From positions 2,080,001 through 2,144,000 of the forward strand of contig CAXXYH010000004.1 of the NCBI GenBank assembly GCA_963677925.2: a stretch of 64,000 nucleotides of DNA, in the 5' to 3' direction. Origin of the DNA: Spirochaetia bacterium (GTDB lineage: Bacteria > Spirochaetota > Spirochaetia > UBA9216). A program made the translations under genes and the position numbers. The stretch's first letter is position 1; each line of letters opens with the position of its first letter. Below the pieces are notes generated by a model, which was not told the origin of the DNA, searched no databases, and worked only from the letters and a program-made list of their open reading frames with translations. Positions 28,224 through 39,100 of this stretch are shown piece by piece.

Positions 28224-29228
28224 ATGATTATGAACAAGAGGGAAAACTGGTACAGACTATTGACCAATGATAATCCGGGATGGATTTCGACTCCGTGGGA
28301 GGCTTTCGATGGTAATTATTTCGGAAATGCCTTCATTCTGGAGCCCATAAGTACTGCCGTAAAGGGAGATCAGAAACCTGGAACCTTTCTTGATCAGTGG
28401 GGCGTTACCTGGATGCTTCCGGAGGATCATAAGTTTCCAAATCCCTATGTAACAGCAGAAAACAAGGCAATCAAGAATATAAAAAACTGGGAGAATGAAC
28501 TGATTCTTCCGCCTCTGGGCGGGCATGACTGGACTTCCGCAAAACAGAAAGCTGATTCTGTAAACCGTGAGGATTCAATTGCCTGCTGTATGGTTGTAGG
28601 CGGACTATTTGAGCGTACACATTATCTGATGGGCTTCGAAGACGCCCTCATAAACTATATGCTTGAGCCGGAAGCCATGTCGGCCCTTATCGGCGCAATA
28701 ACAGACTGGAAGATTGAACACCTAAGGCAGATTATTGAAAACCTCAATCCTGATGTTATTCTCTTTCACGATGACTGGGGCAATAAGGACAATCTTTTCA
28801 TGCAGCCCGATGTCTGGAGGAGCGTAATCAAACCTCATCAGCAGAAAATAGTTGATTTTGTAAAATCCAAGAAAGTCACATATCTTCATCATTCCGACAG
28901 CATATGCGAACCGATAGTTGAAGATATGGCCGATATGGGCATTGAAGGCTGGCAGGGAGTTATACCCCAGAATGACATACTCTCCATCCAGCAGAAGCTC
29001 AACGGAAGGATGGCCCTCATAGGCGGAATAGATGCACAGGTAATAGATATGCCTGAAGCAGATGAAGCCCTGATAAGGCAGGAAGTCAGAAACTGCATCG
29101 ACACCTATTGTCCCGCAGGTTCATTTATTCCATGTATTCCCAATATTCAGCCCATGCATGCCGATGTTGCGGAGATATACAATGATGAACTTGAAACTTA
29201 CGGGCGATCTTTCATGGAGAAACGCTGA
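28224..29228 (+). CDS. Uroporphyrinogen decarboxylase-fold protein (corrinoid methyltransferase-like subgroup)
   Basis: DQWGVTW, GLFER..LMGFE, HDDWG, HHSD, GGIDAQ. Confidence 0.82.
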   Translation: MIMNKRENWYRLLTNDNPGWISTPWEAFDGNYFGNAFILEPISTAVKGDQKPGTFLDQWGVTWMLPEDHKFPNPYVTAENKAIKNIKNWENELILPPLGGHDWTSAKQKADSVNREDSIACCMVVGGLFERTHYLMGFEDALINYMLEPEAMSALIGAITDWKIEHLRQIIENLNPDVILFHDDWGNKDNLFMQPDVWRSVIKPHQQKIVDFVKSKKVTYLHHSDSICEPIVEDMADMGIEGWQGVIPQNDILSIQQKLNGRMALIGGIDAQVIDMPEADEALIRQEVRNCIDTYCPAGSFIPCIPNIQPMHADVAEIYNDELETYGRSFMEKR

Positions 29229-29280
29229 TCTTCGGGGTTTTTATGTTGACAGTCTGTGCTCAGCTGTTATATTTAACTTT

Positions 29281-29562
29281 ATGGAAGATAAAGAAATAAA
29301 AACGAATCTTGAAGAATTGTCACGGGCTCTTTCAAGGGTTGATGATCCTGCTCTTATATACAGATTTCTCGAATGTCTGCTTACTCCCAATGAGATGAGT
29401 GAGGTTGCCAGCCGCTGGGCCCTTGTAAAAATGCTCGACGACGGCATAAGTCAGAGAAGCATCGCCAGCTCTCTTGGCCTCAGCCTATGCAAGATTACCC
29501 GCGGTTCCAAGGAGCTGCAGAAAGATGATTCCGCATTTAAAAAGATGATTGATATCTCCTGA
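29281..29562 (+). CDS. TrpR/YerC-family repressor
   Basis: LLTPNE..RW..SQRSIA..LG.S..KITRGSKELQ; start set at ATG 29281. Confidence 0.9.
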   Translation: MEDKEIKTNLEELSRALSRVDDPALIYRFLECLLTPNEMSEVASRWALVKMLDDGISQRSIASSLGLSLCKITRGSKELQKDDSAFKKMIDIS

Positions 29563-29588
29563 TTTTTATTGACGTGCTTCTGTATTAA

Positions 29589-29608
29589 TGCTAAACATTT
29601 GTATAGTA
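29589..29608 (+). promoter_or_regulatory. Putative LexA/SOS box overlapping the dnaE2 promoter
   Basis: Imperfect palindrome TG-CTAAACATTTGTATAG-TA (CTnnACAnnTGTnnAG core); TTGACG -35 at 29569. Confidence 0.6.
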
Positions 29609-29610
29609 TT

Positions 29611-32600
29611 ATGAGGAAGCACGGGAAAACTGTAACACATCTTCATTGCCGTTCTCATTACAGCCTGCTTAACGGAATAATGTCTCCTGCCATGATCTGC
29701 CGGTCAGCAGCTCAAGCCGGAGAAAGTTCGGCGGCAGTTACAGATGTAAACAACCTGTATGCACTTCCTGAATTCATAGAAGCAGCAGCTTCTTCCGGTA
29801 TTAAACCGGTATGCGGAGCCGCCGTAGCCCTCCCCCAGGAAAACGGGAAAGGCGGCTCGCATCTTTTCACTGCCTACTGCCGGGACAGGAAGGGCTTTGC
29901 CCGGCTCAACAGCATAATATCAAAAATTAACTACAGTTATTCTCAGTATACAGAACGGAAGTTTTATGATCCTGTCTCCGACCTTCTTGAAAACGGCCGA
30001 GACGGTCTTGTTGTTGTGAGCAACCGGTATGATGTTCTTATGAGGCTGATTGCGGCGGGGAAAGAAGACCTGTATTACGGCCTCTACTACGGCACACCCT
30101 TCCGCGATGCGGTAATAAGGGCCCGAAAACACGGAATAAAAACTGCAGCATTAAATGAGGCCGTTTTTTCAGATGACAGTGACCGTTCCGCCCTTGCGGT
30201 TCTTCGGGCCGTCGGGAACAAGAGCACAATTGAGAAAACTTCCGCCGGTTCAGACTGGGCTTCCGCCTGCGGGGCAATGGCTCCCTCGGCTAATATTCTT
30301 GCCGGTGCGGAGCGTATGGACAGTTTTTTTTCATCGGTACCTGAAGCACTTGCCAATTCACGCAGAATTGCAGATGAAACCGCCGGAGCCGCGATTCTTC
30401 CCGACAAATGGATTTTTCCGCTTTACAGGGGAATGAACGAGGAGGAGGCAGGCCGGGAACTTTACCGTCTGTGCAGGGCCGCCCTTGCTGTGCGTTACCC
30501 GGAAGAGCAGAGGCCCGGAGCTCCTGTATCTGTAGGCCGGCCGCCGTTTTCACAAAGAGCAGCCGCCCTGCAGCGCCTTGAATACGAAATGGGTATAATC
30601 TGCCGCAAGGGCTTTGCCGGCTACTTTCTTGTCGTGCGTGATATTGTCATGAGGGCCCCCCGAACCTGCGGGCGGGGCAGCGCCGCATCAAGCATAGTTT
30701 CCTATCTTCTTGGTATAACCCATGTTGACCCGCTGCGGTATAATCTCTTTTTTGAGCGTTTTCTGAACATGGACCGCAATGATCCGCCGGATATCGATGT
30801 AGACTTTCCCTGGGATGAAAGGGAGAAGGCGCTTAACTATGTGTTTGAACAATACAGCGGTTCTTCGGCTATGGTCTGCGACCATGTTTTTTTCAAAAGG
30901 AGGGGTGCCGCCCGTGAAGCCGCCCGGGCCCTCGGTATGGATGAGGCCCGTGTGAACGCGCTTATGAAGAACTGGCGCGGGGGCAGGGGGGAGCCTCTTC
31001 CCGATTATGTGGCCGAAACTGCCGCAATGCTCTACCGCCAGCCGCGCTATATTGGAACACATCCGGGCGGAGTAGTTATTACTCCGGGCCCTATATGCAA
31101 TTATACGCATATACAGCCTTCTGCCTCCGGATACCCCGTTATTGCCTGGGAGAAGGACGGCGCGGAGTCTTCCGGTCTGATAAAAATCGATATCCTGGGA
31201 AACCGCTCCCTGGCTGTTCTGCGCGATACCATCAGGCTGGTAAACCCGAAGCGTGAGAATAAAATTGAGTGGGCATCTTTTCAGCCCTATTCGGATCAGC
31301 GGACAAGGCGCTACATAGAATCAGGCGATACCGCCGGCATCTTCTACATCGAATCACCTGCAACAAGGCAGCTGCTCAAGAAAATGGGCAGGGCCGACTT
31401 CGAGCACCTTGTTGCCGCAAGCTCAATAATAAGGCCCGCCGCAAACAAATGGATTAACGAGTATGTCCGGCGGCTGAAGGGCGGGGTGTACAGTCCTCTG
31501 CATCCGCTTCTTGCAGGAATACTTGATGAGACCTATGGAATTATGGTCTACCAGGAGGATGTCGCAAAGGTTGCCATTGCCGCCGCCGGATTCTCGCCTG
31601 GTGAGGCGGATCAGCTTAGAAAGATTCTGTCAAAGAAAAACCGGGCTGAGAAACTTCCGGCATGGAGGGCTCGCTTTACTGACGGGGCTGCTTCAAGAGG
31701 GGTTCCGGCAGCTGAGGCTGATGAGCTCTGGGCTGGAATCCTCTCCTTTGACGGTTATTCATTCTGCAAATCTCACAGCGCCTCCTATGCCCTTGTCTCA
31801 TACCGGCTTGCATGGCTCAAGCTGCGTTATCCGCTTGAGTTTATGATATCGGTAATAAATAACGGAGGCGGATTCTACTCCAGGCAGGTGTATCTGAACA
31901 TTGTAAGGCGAATGGGATTTCCTGTGATGATTCCGGATATAAACAGGAGTCAGAGAAAGTACAGTATTGAAAAAACAGGAACCGGAGAGGCCCTGAGAGC
32001 CGGACTCCTTCAGATTAGAGATATTTCCGGGGACTTTATCGATAAACTGCTTGCTGAACGGAAATCACGGGGTGATTTCCTCAGTTTCAATGATTTCACT
32101 ACCAGAACAGAGCCTTCATACCGGGATATAAGAATGCTTATAAAATCAGGCAGTCTTGATTCGATTGCCGGAGAACTTAACAGACCCCAGATGTTCTGGC
32201 TTTTCTACAGCGGGAGCTGCCGCGGCGGATTCTTCGGCAGACAGCTTGTTCCGGGCCTGAAGGCATACAGCAGAAGGGTCTGTCTCAGCGATGAAATCGA
32301 TACTTTGAGTCTTTTTTTTTCAGAACATCCAATCGATGTTTTTTCGGACCGGATAAAAAGGAGTTCTCCGCAGCCTCTGATCGATTCACGGGCTATAGGG
32401 GGCCATATGGGAATGCGGGTTTCCATAGCGGGGACTCTTGCTGCAGAGAAGGAAGCTCTTACATCAGATAAAAAGCCGATGTGTTTCATCAGTTTTGAAG
32501 ACCACTTTTCTATGTTTGAAACCGTATTTTTTCCCGATGCCTGGAAGGCTTATGAGGCTGTAATTTCGTCAGGTTTCGCTTTTATAGTGAGCGGGGTTGT

Positions 32601-32676
32601 TGATAATGACCTTGGCGCCGAGTATATTAGAGTAACAGACCTTAGATGCCTGAACAGGATAAGAGAAGCTGTATGA
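29611..32676 (+). CDS. dnaE2: DNA polymerase III alpha subunit, DnaE2 (error-prone) type
   Basis: HLHCRSHYS PHP domain; GRGSAASS, FERFL, PPDIDVDF, KIDILG, YSFCKSHSASY, NGGGFY; about 1020 aa with no C-terminal tau-binding domain. Confidence 0.82.
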   Translation: MRKHGKTVTHLHCRSHYSLLNGIMSPAMICRSAAQAGESSAAVTDVNNLYALPEFIEAAASSGIKPVCGAAVALPQENGKGGSHLFTAYCRDRKGFARLNSIISKINYSYSQYTERKFYDPVSDLLENGRDGLVVVSNRYDVLMRLIAAGKEDLYYGLYYGTPFRDAVIRARKHGIKTAALNEAVFSDDSDRSALAVLRAVGNKSTIEKTSAGSDWASACGAMAPSANILAGAERMDSFFSSVPEALANSRRIADETAGAAILPDKWIFPLYRGMNEEEAGRELYRLCRAALAVRYPEEQRPGAPVSVGRPPFSQRAAALQRLEYEMGIICRKGFAGYFLVVRDIVMRAPRTCGRGSAASSIVSYLLGITHVDPLRYNLFFERFLNMDRNDPPDIDVDFPWDEREKALNYVFEQYSGSSAMVCDHVFFKRRGAAREAARALGMDEARVNALMKNWRGGRGEPLPDYVAETAAMLYRQPRYIGTHPGGVVITPGPICNYTHIQPSASGYPVIAWEKDGAESSGLIKIDILGNRSLAVLRDTIRLVNPKRENKIEWASFQPYSDQRTRRYIESGDTAGIFYIESPATRQLLKKMGRADFEHLVAASSIIRPAANKWINEYVRRLKGGVYSPLHPLLAGILDETYGIMVYQEDVAKVAIAAAGFSPGEADQLRKILSKKNRAEKLPAWRARFTDGAASRGVPAAEADELWAGILSFDGYSFCKSHSASYALVSYRLAWLKLRYPLEFMISVINNGGGFYSRQVYLNIVRRMGFPVMIPDINRSQRKYSIEKTGTGEALRAGLLQIRDISGDFIDKLLAERKSRGDFLSFNDFTTRTEPSYRDIRMLIKSGSLDSIAGELNRPQMFWLFYSGSCRGGFFGRQLVPGLKAYSRRVCLSDEIDTLSLFFSEHPIDVFSDRIKRSSPQPLIDSRAIGGHMGMRVSIAGTLAAEKEALTSDKKPMCFISFEDHFSMFETVFFPDAWKAYEAVISSGFAFIVSGVVDNDLGAEYIRVTDLRCLNRIREAV

Positions 32677-32718
32677 ATTTTTTGAGTACAGTTGCCGAGA
32701 ATAATACGGGGATATACA

Positions 32719-33639
32719 TTGAAAATATTATTGATCGGCCGGAAAGACAGAAAAGAGGGTTTCGAGGCCCTGGCACGAATACTGACTCTTGAGAATGTGA
32801 AAACAGAAATTCTGTGTTTTGAAGAGATTAACCGTGAAACCCTGCTTCCGACCCTTTTCGGTGCAGATATTTACCTCATATCCCCTGAAACTGAAATAAG
32901 CGAAGATGACCTTCCCCTGAACAATCCCTGTTCAATCTGCCGGCTTGAAGCAATTGTTATGGGATTCGCCATTGCCCAGAAGGGCCGGATGATGCTTCTG
33001 GTAAGAGCAGGAGACAGCCCCGAACTGCCGTTCTCCGGACTGCCGGTGGTTAAAAGTCTTGGGGAGGCTATTTCTTATTTCCGGCGGGCTAAAAAGGAAT
33101 TCGAGAGTACAGAGGTTTTCCGTGAGGCCAGAGAGATAATTTCTGCTGCATCGCTTTCTTTCAGCGGAAAGGGAATGATTGAGGCTGTAAAGAATGAGAT
33201 GATGCATGAGGTAGAGGCCTTTCTCAGGGTCGGATTTGCCACCGATACTGAAGATTCCGACGGTGTTCCGGTAATTTCATGGGCGGTGAGAAAGGGTAGC
33301 CTTGAAATATGCAGGCTTCTTCTAAGCTATAATGCATCGGTAAATGTTATCGCCCGTGATCGAACTACAACGCCCCTTATAGACGCAGTTTCCTCAGGAA
33401 ATCATGAGCTTGCAGTAATTCTGATGGATGCCGGAGCTGATCTTGATTTCAGGAACCGAAACGGTCAGACAGCGCTTATAATTACAATTGGAAACAGGAT
33501 GCTCGATCTGGCCAGAGACCTGATTGATAAGGGTGCGGATATCAGCATATCAGACAGTCTAGGCATGAACGCTGCTGGTTATGCAAAGCTGTTTTCCATG
33601 ACTGAACTTGAAGAATACTTAAGCAGTAAAATTTCTTGA
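32719..33639 (+). CDS. Ankyrin-repeat protein with an N-terminal alpha/beta (possibly TIR-like) domain
   Basis: Ankyrin repeats G.PVISWAV, TTPLIDAV..GADLD, GQTALI..GADIS; TTG start at 32719 after GGGG. Confidence 0.82.
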   Translation: MKILLIGRKDRKEGFEALARILTLENVKTEILCFEEINRETLLPTLFGADIYLISPETEISEDDLPLNNPCSICRLEAIVMGFAIAQKGRMMLLVRAGDSPELPFSGLPVVKSLGEAISYFRRAKKEFESTEVFREAREIISAASLSFSGKGMIEAVKNEMMHEVEAFLRVGFATDTEDSDGVPVISWAVRKGSLEICRLLLSYNASVNVIARDRTTTPLIDAVSSGNHELAVILMDAGADLDFRNRNGQTALIITIGNRMLDLARDLIDKGADISISDSLGMNAAGYAKLFSMTELEEYLSSKIS

Positions 33640-33686
33640 TATCCCCGTCTTGACCTTGGGGGGCGTGTAGATTACTTTTAAAGTGT

Positions 33687-34457
33687 ATGGAAGAAAAGAC
33701 AAAAGCAACCATTTTTCATGTTTACAGAAAGGATGGCAGTTCAATATTTTTATATCCCATGATAAAAGGCAAAAATGTACTTGGCCTTTTTGAGAATAAT
33801 GATTTTACCGGAGTATACGGTAAAGAACCCCGGGTTGAATCACTTACACTGCTTCGAAATGATCTTTACAGGATGATCGAGCAGTCGGTTAAGGAATGGT
33901 CTGCCGAGCGCAAATTTATTCCCCGTTTTCTTATATCAACCGGATGTTTTCTTCTCGTATACCTGCTTGCATCAGTGGTTATCAGAGATCCTCTGCCAAT
34001 GATAGATGAAATCCTGATTGGTCTTGCCGCTGCAGCCGCTCTCTATTTTTTCCTTGCAAAAAAGGATACTTCATCTAGAGAGGTTACCGAAAAAAAGGTA
34101 AGGCTCCGGATGAAAGTTGACGAAATAGTTTTCAACGAAGATCCCTTTGTCAAGGATGCTGAACAGTATCTTCAGAAATGTGAAGATGCTGAAGACATTG
34201 AAAAGCTTCTGATGAATATGCTTGCCGACGAAGATAATATCATGCATGCCCCCGAGGAGCTTAAGAAGGTCGAGCAGTTTCTGGAATACATCAGTCTTAT
34301 GTATGATCAGAATGCCATCAAAAAGCATGAAAAGATGCTGTCAAGGATGAAAAAAGGGAATGACTCCCAGCAGAAACAGATGGTTAAGTGGCTTTCAAGC
34401 AGAAAGGTTGATCCCTTTCTTTTTGCGGTCTATACGAAATACAAAAAACAAAGCTAA
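33687..34457 (+). CDS. Hypothetical membrane protein (2 TM)
   Basis: Hydrophobic hairpin around RDPLPMIDE; promoter TTGACC-17-TACTTT upstream. Confidence 0.78.
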   Translation: MEEKTKATIFHVYRKDGSSIFLYPMIKGKNVLGLFENNDFTGVYGKEPRVESLTLLRNDLYRMIEQSVKEWSAERKFIPRFLISTGCFLLVYLLASVVIRDPLPMIDEILIGLAAAAALYFFLAKKDTSSREVTEKKVRLRMKVDEIVFNEDPFVKDAEQYLQKCEDAEDIEKLLMNMLADEDNIMHAPEELKKVEQFLEYISLMYDQNAIKKHEKMLSRMKKGNDSQQKQMVKWLSSRKVDPFLFAVYTKYKKQS

Positions 34458-34603
34458 TCGGCTTTTAAAAACTTCAGTTTTTAATAGGCTACGATAACAA
34501 AGAGGAAGAAAGATTTGCAAATAGTTCCTCAGTACTTATTTACATGCGATTGTAAAATCTTTCTTCAGATGAAATAAAAAAAACAACCGGTTTTTTTATT
34601 TCA

Positions 34604-35860
34604 TCAATCTACCTTGTTTAATTCCTGCATCTGTTCAAGAAGATTAACCGAGCGTGAGGCGCTTGCGAGAAATTCCTCGGCGGGAGTGAAGCTGTTGTCT
34701 AAATCAAGCGCTGCCTGCCAATATGCAATGGCTTTTTCAAGATCACCTGAAGCATAGGCTTCAAGTCCTGCAATATACAGTTCATCAACCCTCTGCTGCT
34801 TTTCATAGCGGCCCTCATCTCCGAGTTTAAGCTTTGCGGTAATACTGAAACGGTCAAGAAGGTTATTTGAGGAAGTTGTGGGGTCATGGGTAAAATTGAT
34901 GTTATAAACAACCTTCTCAAGGTTTATAGTGCTTCCAAGTGCTACACCAAGGCTTCCGGCTCCTGTACTTAGAAACACACCGCCGTGAAATGAGAAAAAA
35001 TCAGTCATTTCAGAGTTAAATCCCAGTGCATAGCCGGGAGTTTCCGCTTCAACATCAGGATCAAGGCTGACAGGCAGATCGAAATCAAAAGCAAGTTTAA
35101 AAGGCCTCACCGGCTGGTAGGAAATACCTGCTGAGAACTCGGTGGGCAGGGGCTCCGGATCCGTGATTGTTTCAAATCCAAGGTTTTTAAAAGCGGCTCC
35201 TATGGAGAAGTTCTTATCTCTTGAAGAATAAAACTTCAGAAAATTAAAACTTGAAAGGAGTCCGATGTCGGCTGCAAAGGCTGCAGAATTCTGAGTGACC
35301 GGATAAAAGACTTCCGGTATATGATGGTATGCTGCTTTAAGTGAGATTCCTGCGGATATCCCGTTAAAATAATAGGAGCGGAAGAGGTTATAGGCTCCGG
35401 TAACAGAGATAACCGCCTCGAAAGGAGTTCCCTTTGCGACACCTTCGCCCCAGTCATTATATTCTGTGAAATTCAGATGAACTATATTTCCTGTAGCTGC
35501 TATTCCCAGATCCTCAAAACGCTTTGTGAATGCAATGCCGTCTATGTAGGAATCTGCAATCCAGTTATTATGAAGAAATGCAAGCTCTGTGAGATCAAGC
35601 AATGCTGCTGAAGCAGGGTTATAAAGAAGTGATGATGTGTCATATGCCACGGCTGTTCCGACTGATCCCATACCGGCAGATTTTCCACCGACCGGAATTT
35701 CCAGTATAGGGAAAACGGTCTGTCCTGTATTGCTGTTTTCGCCCTGCAGATACTCTATAAATGTTGTAATATCACCGTAGGTATCGGTAAAATCCGAGGC
35801 CGTGCAGATGACGGGGATGAAAAGAGGCAGAAAAAATGTGAACAGCAGAAATCGCTTCAT
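34604..35860 (-). CDS. UPF0164-family (FadL/PorV-like) outer-membrane protein with C-terminal TPR
   Basis: Signal peptide; NTG.T.FP.L.IP.GG...GMG...TA..D....YNPA; HNNWIAD; TPR LYIAGLEAY..AIAYWQAAL. Confidence 0.85.
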   Translation of the reverse strand: MKRFLLFTFFLPLFIPVICTASDFTDTYGDITTFIEYLQGENSNTGQTVFPILEIPVGGKSAGMGSVGTAVAYDTSSLLYNPASAALLDLTELAFLHNNWIADSYIDGIAFTKRFEDLGIAATGNIVHLNFTEYNDWGEGVAKGTPFEAVISVTGAYNLFRSYYFNGISAGISLKAAYHHIPEVFYPVTQNSAAFAADIGLLSSFNFLKFYSSRDKNFSIGAAFKNLGFETITDPEPLPTEFSAGISYQPVRPFKLAFDFDLPVSLDPDVEAETPGYALGFNSEMTDFFSFHGGVFLSTGAGSLGVALGSTINLEKVVYNINFTHDPTTSSNNLLDRFSITAKLKLGDEGRYEKQQRVDELYIAGLEAYASGDLEKAIAYWQAALDLDNSFTPAEEFLASASRSVNLLEQMQELNKVD

Positions 35861-36120
35861 ATACAATTTAATATACTACAGATGAACAGTCTTTTCTATC
35901 ATACTTTTCAGAACTGTATTCATCCCTGTATACTATGTCGGTTGTTTTCCTTATTTCTTTTTCTTTTTGTGATAGTATTTTAGCAGAAAGTTCGATAAAT
36001 TGTCGGCTCATAAGGAGCCTCTTTTCTGCCGATATAATGAAGAGGTTTACCATGCCCTGCAGACCGGATGGAGAAACGGTTTCAGGCAGATTTTGCAAAG
36101 TAACAGAGGCTTATTTTTTG

Positions 36121-39100
36121 TTGAAAAGTGCTGCCGGTACTCTAAAAATTATACTACTCATAATACTGCTTCTGAATTCGGCTTTGGCCTTTTCCGGCGG
36201 CCGGCAGGAAGGTTCTGTTAATCAGCTTGCAGAAGCCGAGGAACTTATCAATCAGCGTCAGTATAATCAGGCTGTTCTTATCCTGTCGGGGATGTTGAAG
36301 ACCAGTCCAGATAAACTCGATGAAATTCAGGAACTTCTCAATCGTGTAAGGACTGAAAAGGAACTTTATAATGATCGTTATGAAGAGCTTCTTCTGACAT
36401 ACGGCGGCGATGATGTAGAGGCTGCATATCCAATAATTAAAGATCTTGAAGATATGGATCCCGATCCTAATGAAGCTACCCGTGAATCCCTTGTTCTCGC
36501 CCGAGAAACCGCCGGTTTCGTTTTCAATAATAACAGATACAATGACATAATGGAGGAAGCCGCTGGCCATATGGCAGCCGGACAGCTTACTCAGGCAGTA
36601 AATACGTATATGAGCGGCTTTGATCTCAGCCGTGATATTTTTAATGATGCAGGTTACGGCAATATTATCATGAACGATGTTTATGAGCATACCAATCAGA
36701 TGGACGAACTAAGCCGTGAATTTCTGACCATATATACTGCTCTTGCCTCAAGTCTTGGGAATGAAACCGCTGTTTTTGATCGGAGAGATCTCGCAGAATA
36801 TCCAAGGACTACCGCTCCTATTCTTGAAAATCTGACCAGAAGTATTGAAATCAAGAACCTGCTTGATGAACTTGCAGTGTATTTCCTTGAACAGGAAGAG
36901 AATATCCGGATAAGCCGCGGAGATGATAAGCAGGTGCATTACCTTGTTTATATGAACAGACTTCTTATGGGCAGAACCGACGCTCAGTCTCCTGAAGGAA
37001 TAGTGGGCGCTGTAAATGTAAACAACACCGGGGTTGCGGAAACTATCCGAAGTCATGCTGTTCTTCTGGTTGAAGAGGCTTATTCTGATGCTCTTTCTCA
37101 CTATTCAGCGGGAAGGTACGAGCAGGCAGGCGCGGGATTCTCGACTGTAATGACTCTTGCTGAAAGCGTGGTGCAGACATTTGCAGTCTGGGATACCGGC
37201 TATACAAGCTTTTCCGGTGAAATCCCTGATCCGAATGAGGATGAGCAGCTTAATACTATAATTTCAAACCAGGTCAACAATGAAACCTGGTATTCCGCAG
37301 CTGAATCCTACAATTCCCTGATAGATGAAAATCTCGCCTATCAGGATCTTAAGCAGCAGATAAATTCACTTGAAAATCCGGCAGATGGTGAGCAGATCCG
37401 AAGCGTGCTGGTTAATCATGACCGTATAATCACCAATCTCGGTGACCAGTGGGACTCAGAATACCAGCGGCTGAATACAATTGCATCAACCGGTTTGAGC
37501 ATAGGGCCGTCGGTTGAGACTACCAGTGGAATGCTTAATGAGATTAGCAGGATGGAGGATGATCTTCTTGTCGATGAGATTATTCTTGTTGCTGCTATGG
37601 CGGAAGCTGATCTGTCGGACTATGAAGTTACATTACGCGGGCTGACCGGAATCAAGGATGAAGGAATTTTACTCATTGACGGAGTCCCTGCTGAAGATCA
37701 AAACGCTGCAGCTGATGATACCGGGGAAAATGCCGAAGAAATTCAGATTCTATACAAGTATCCGGACAGGGCCCTTGAAAGCCTGCTGCAGATTCAGCCC
37801 GCTATTACCCGGCTTGCTGCAGATATAAGCGGAATCCAGAATTTTATAGCAGAGGAAAGAATTGAAATCCGTACCGGAGAGCCTGTTCGTGAAGCCTTGA
37901 CCCACGCCGATACTCTGGATAACAGTACCACGGAGCTTGATAACGAGGTTGAAGAGCTTATCGCAAGAGCAAGAGAGCAGATATTTACTGCCGACCGGCT
38001 CAGACAGGAAGGTGAGCGAAGGATTCAGGAATCAAAGACCCTTACTCAGCAGGCCCAGTTTCCTGCTGCAAAGGAAAGGCTTGAGCAGGCTGCACAGAAA
38101 TTTGATGACTCTCTCACTTATCAGGAAGATTCTGTTCTGCGTGATTACCGCGATAATGATATTCCAAGACTCTATGAAGAGATTCAGGTCGCAGAGAATA
38201 ATCTTGTAATACGTCAGGTAAGGCAGTATTTGACCGAAGGAAAATCATATTATTCACAGGGGAAATTCCCCTCCGCTCAGAATGTCCTGATCAAGGCCAA
38301 GAACCGCTGGGCTGATACGAATGTGGAGGAAAATGCAGAGGTTGAATACTGGCTTACACTCACCCAGACCGCTCTGTCGGTAACCTCCGGACGGACAATT
38401 TCACAGACCGATCCGCTTTATTCTGAGATGAACCAGTATCTAAGCCAGGCTCAGGCTGATTTTATCCAAGCCAAATCTCTTTATGACCAGGGCCGTGGGG
38501 AAGATGCTGATTTCTACTTCAGCAGGGCTGAACAGAGCATTTTGTATGTTCAGCAGTTCTTCCCCTTTAATGAGGAAGCCCGGGTTCTTAACCTGAGAAT
38601 AAGCCAGTACAGGGATCCGGAAAGCTTCAGGGAACTGTTTAATAATGACTTTCAGACTGCAAGAAGCTTGATTTCAACCAATCCCAGGAAGGCTTATATT
38701 GACCTGAAGGACCTTGAGGCAATTAATGCTACATACCCTGGACTTCAGTCGGCAATTACTGAAGCTGAATACGCCTCCGGTATAAAAGTTAAGCCTCCTG
38801 ATACGACAAAAATCAACCGGAGCATCGAGCTCTATCAGCTGGCCTACAGTATAGTAAGCCGGAATGTACGCTCCGAATTTAATGTTGCATTAAGCTACCT
38901 CGATGAGGCAATTACGCTGAACCCGGATAATATAGAAGCTATAAGGCTGAAAGACCGAATTTCAGCGGATGTCGGGGGTACTGCCACAGTTGTTATGTCC
39001 AGTGCCGATCAGCAGCGCTATCTTGAAGCTGTTAATGAATTCTCAGCCGGCAATTACCTTAAAGCCCGTATTATAGTGGAAAATCTTCTTCAGAATCCCG

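Noticed and set aside
29158-29280. N-terminal extension of the TrpR-like ORF
   Set aside because: Overlaps the upstream gene and contains the gene's own promoter.
29569-29610. TTG start of dnaE2 in the ORF track
   Set aside because: That TTG is part of the -35 hexamer; ATG 29611 fits the PHP N-terminus.
29611-33639. dnaE2 region as a mobile element or prophage
   Set aside because: No integrase, transposase, terminal repeats or phage genes seen; only a GC shift judged by eye.
35935-36117. N-terminal extension of the large TPR ORF
   Set aside because: Overlaps the divergent promoter region; the signal-like segment and an SD-like site point to TTG 36118 or 36121.
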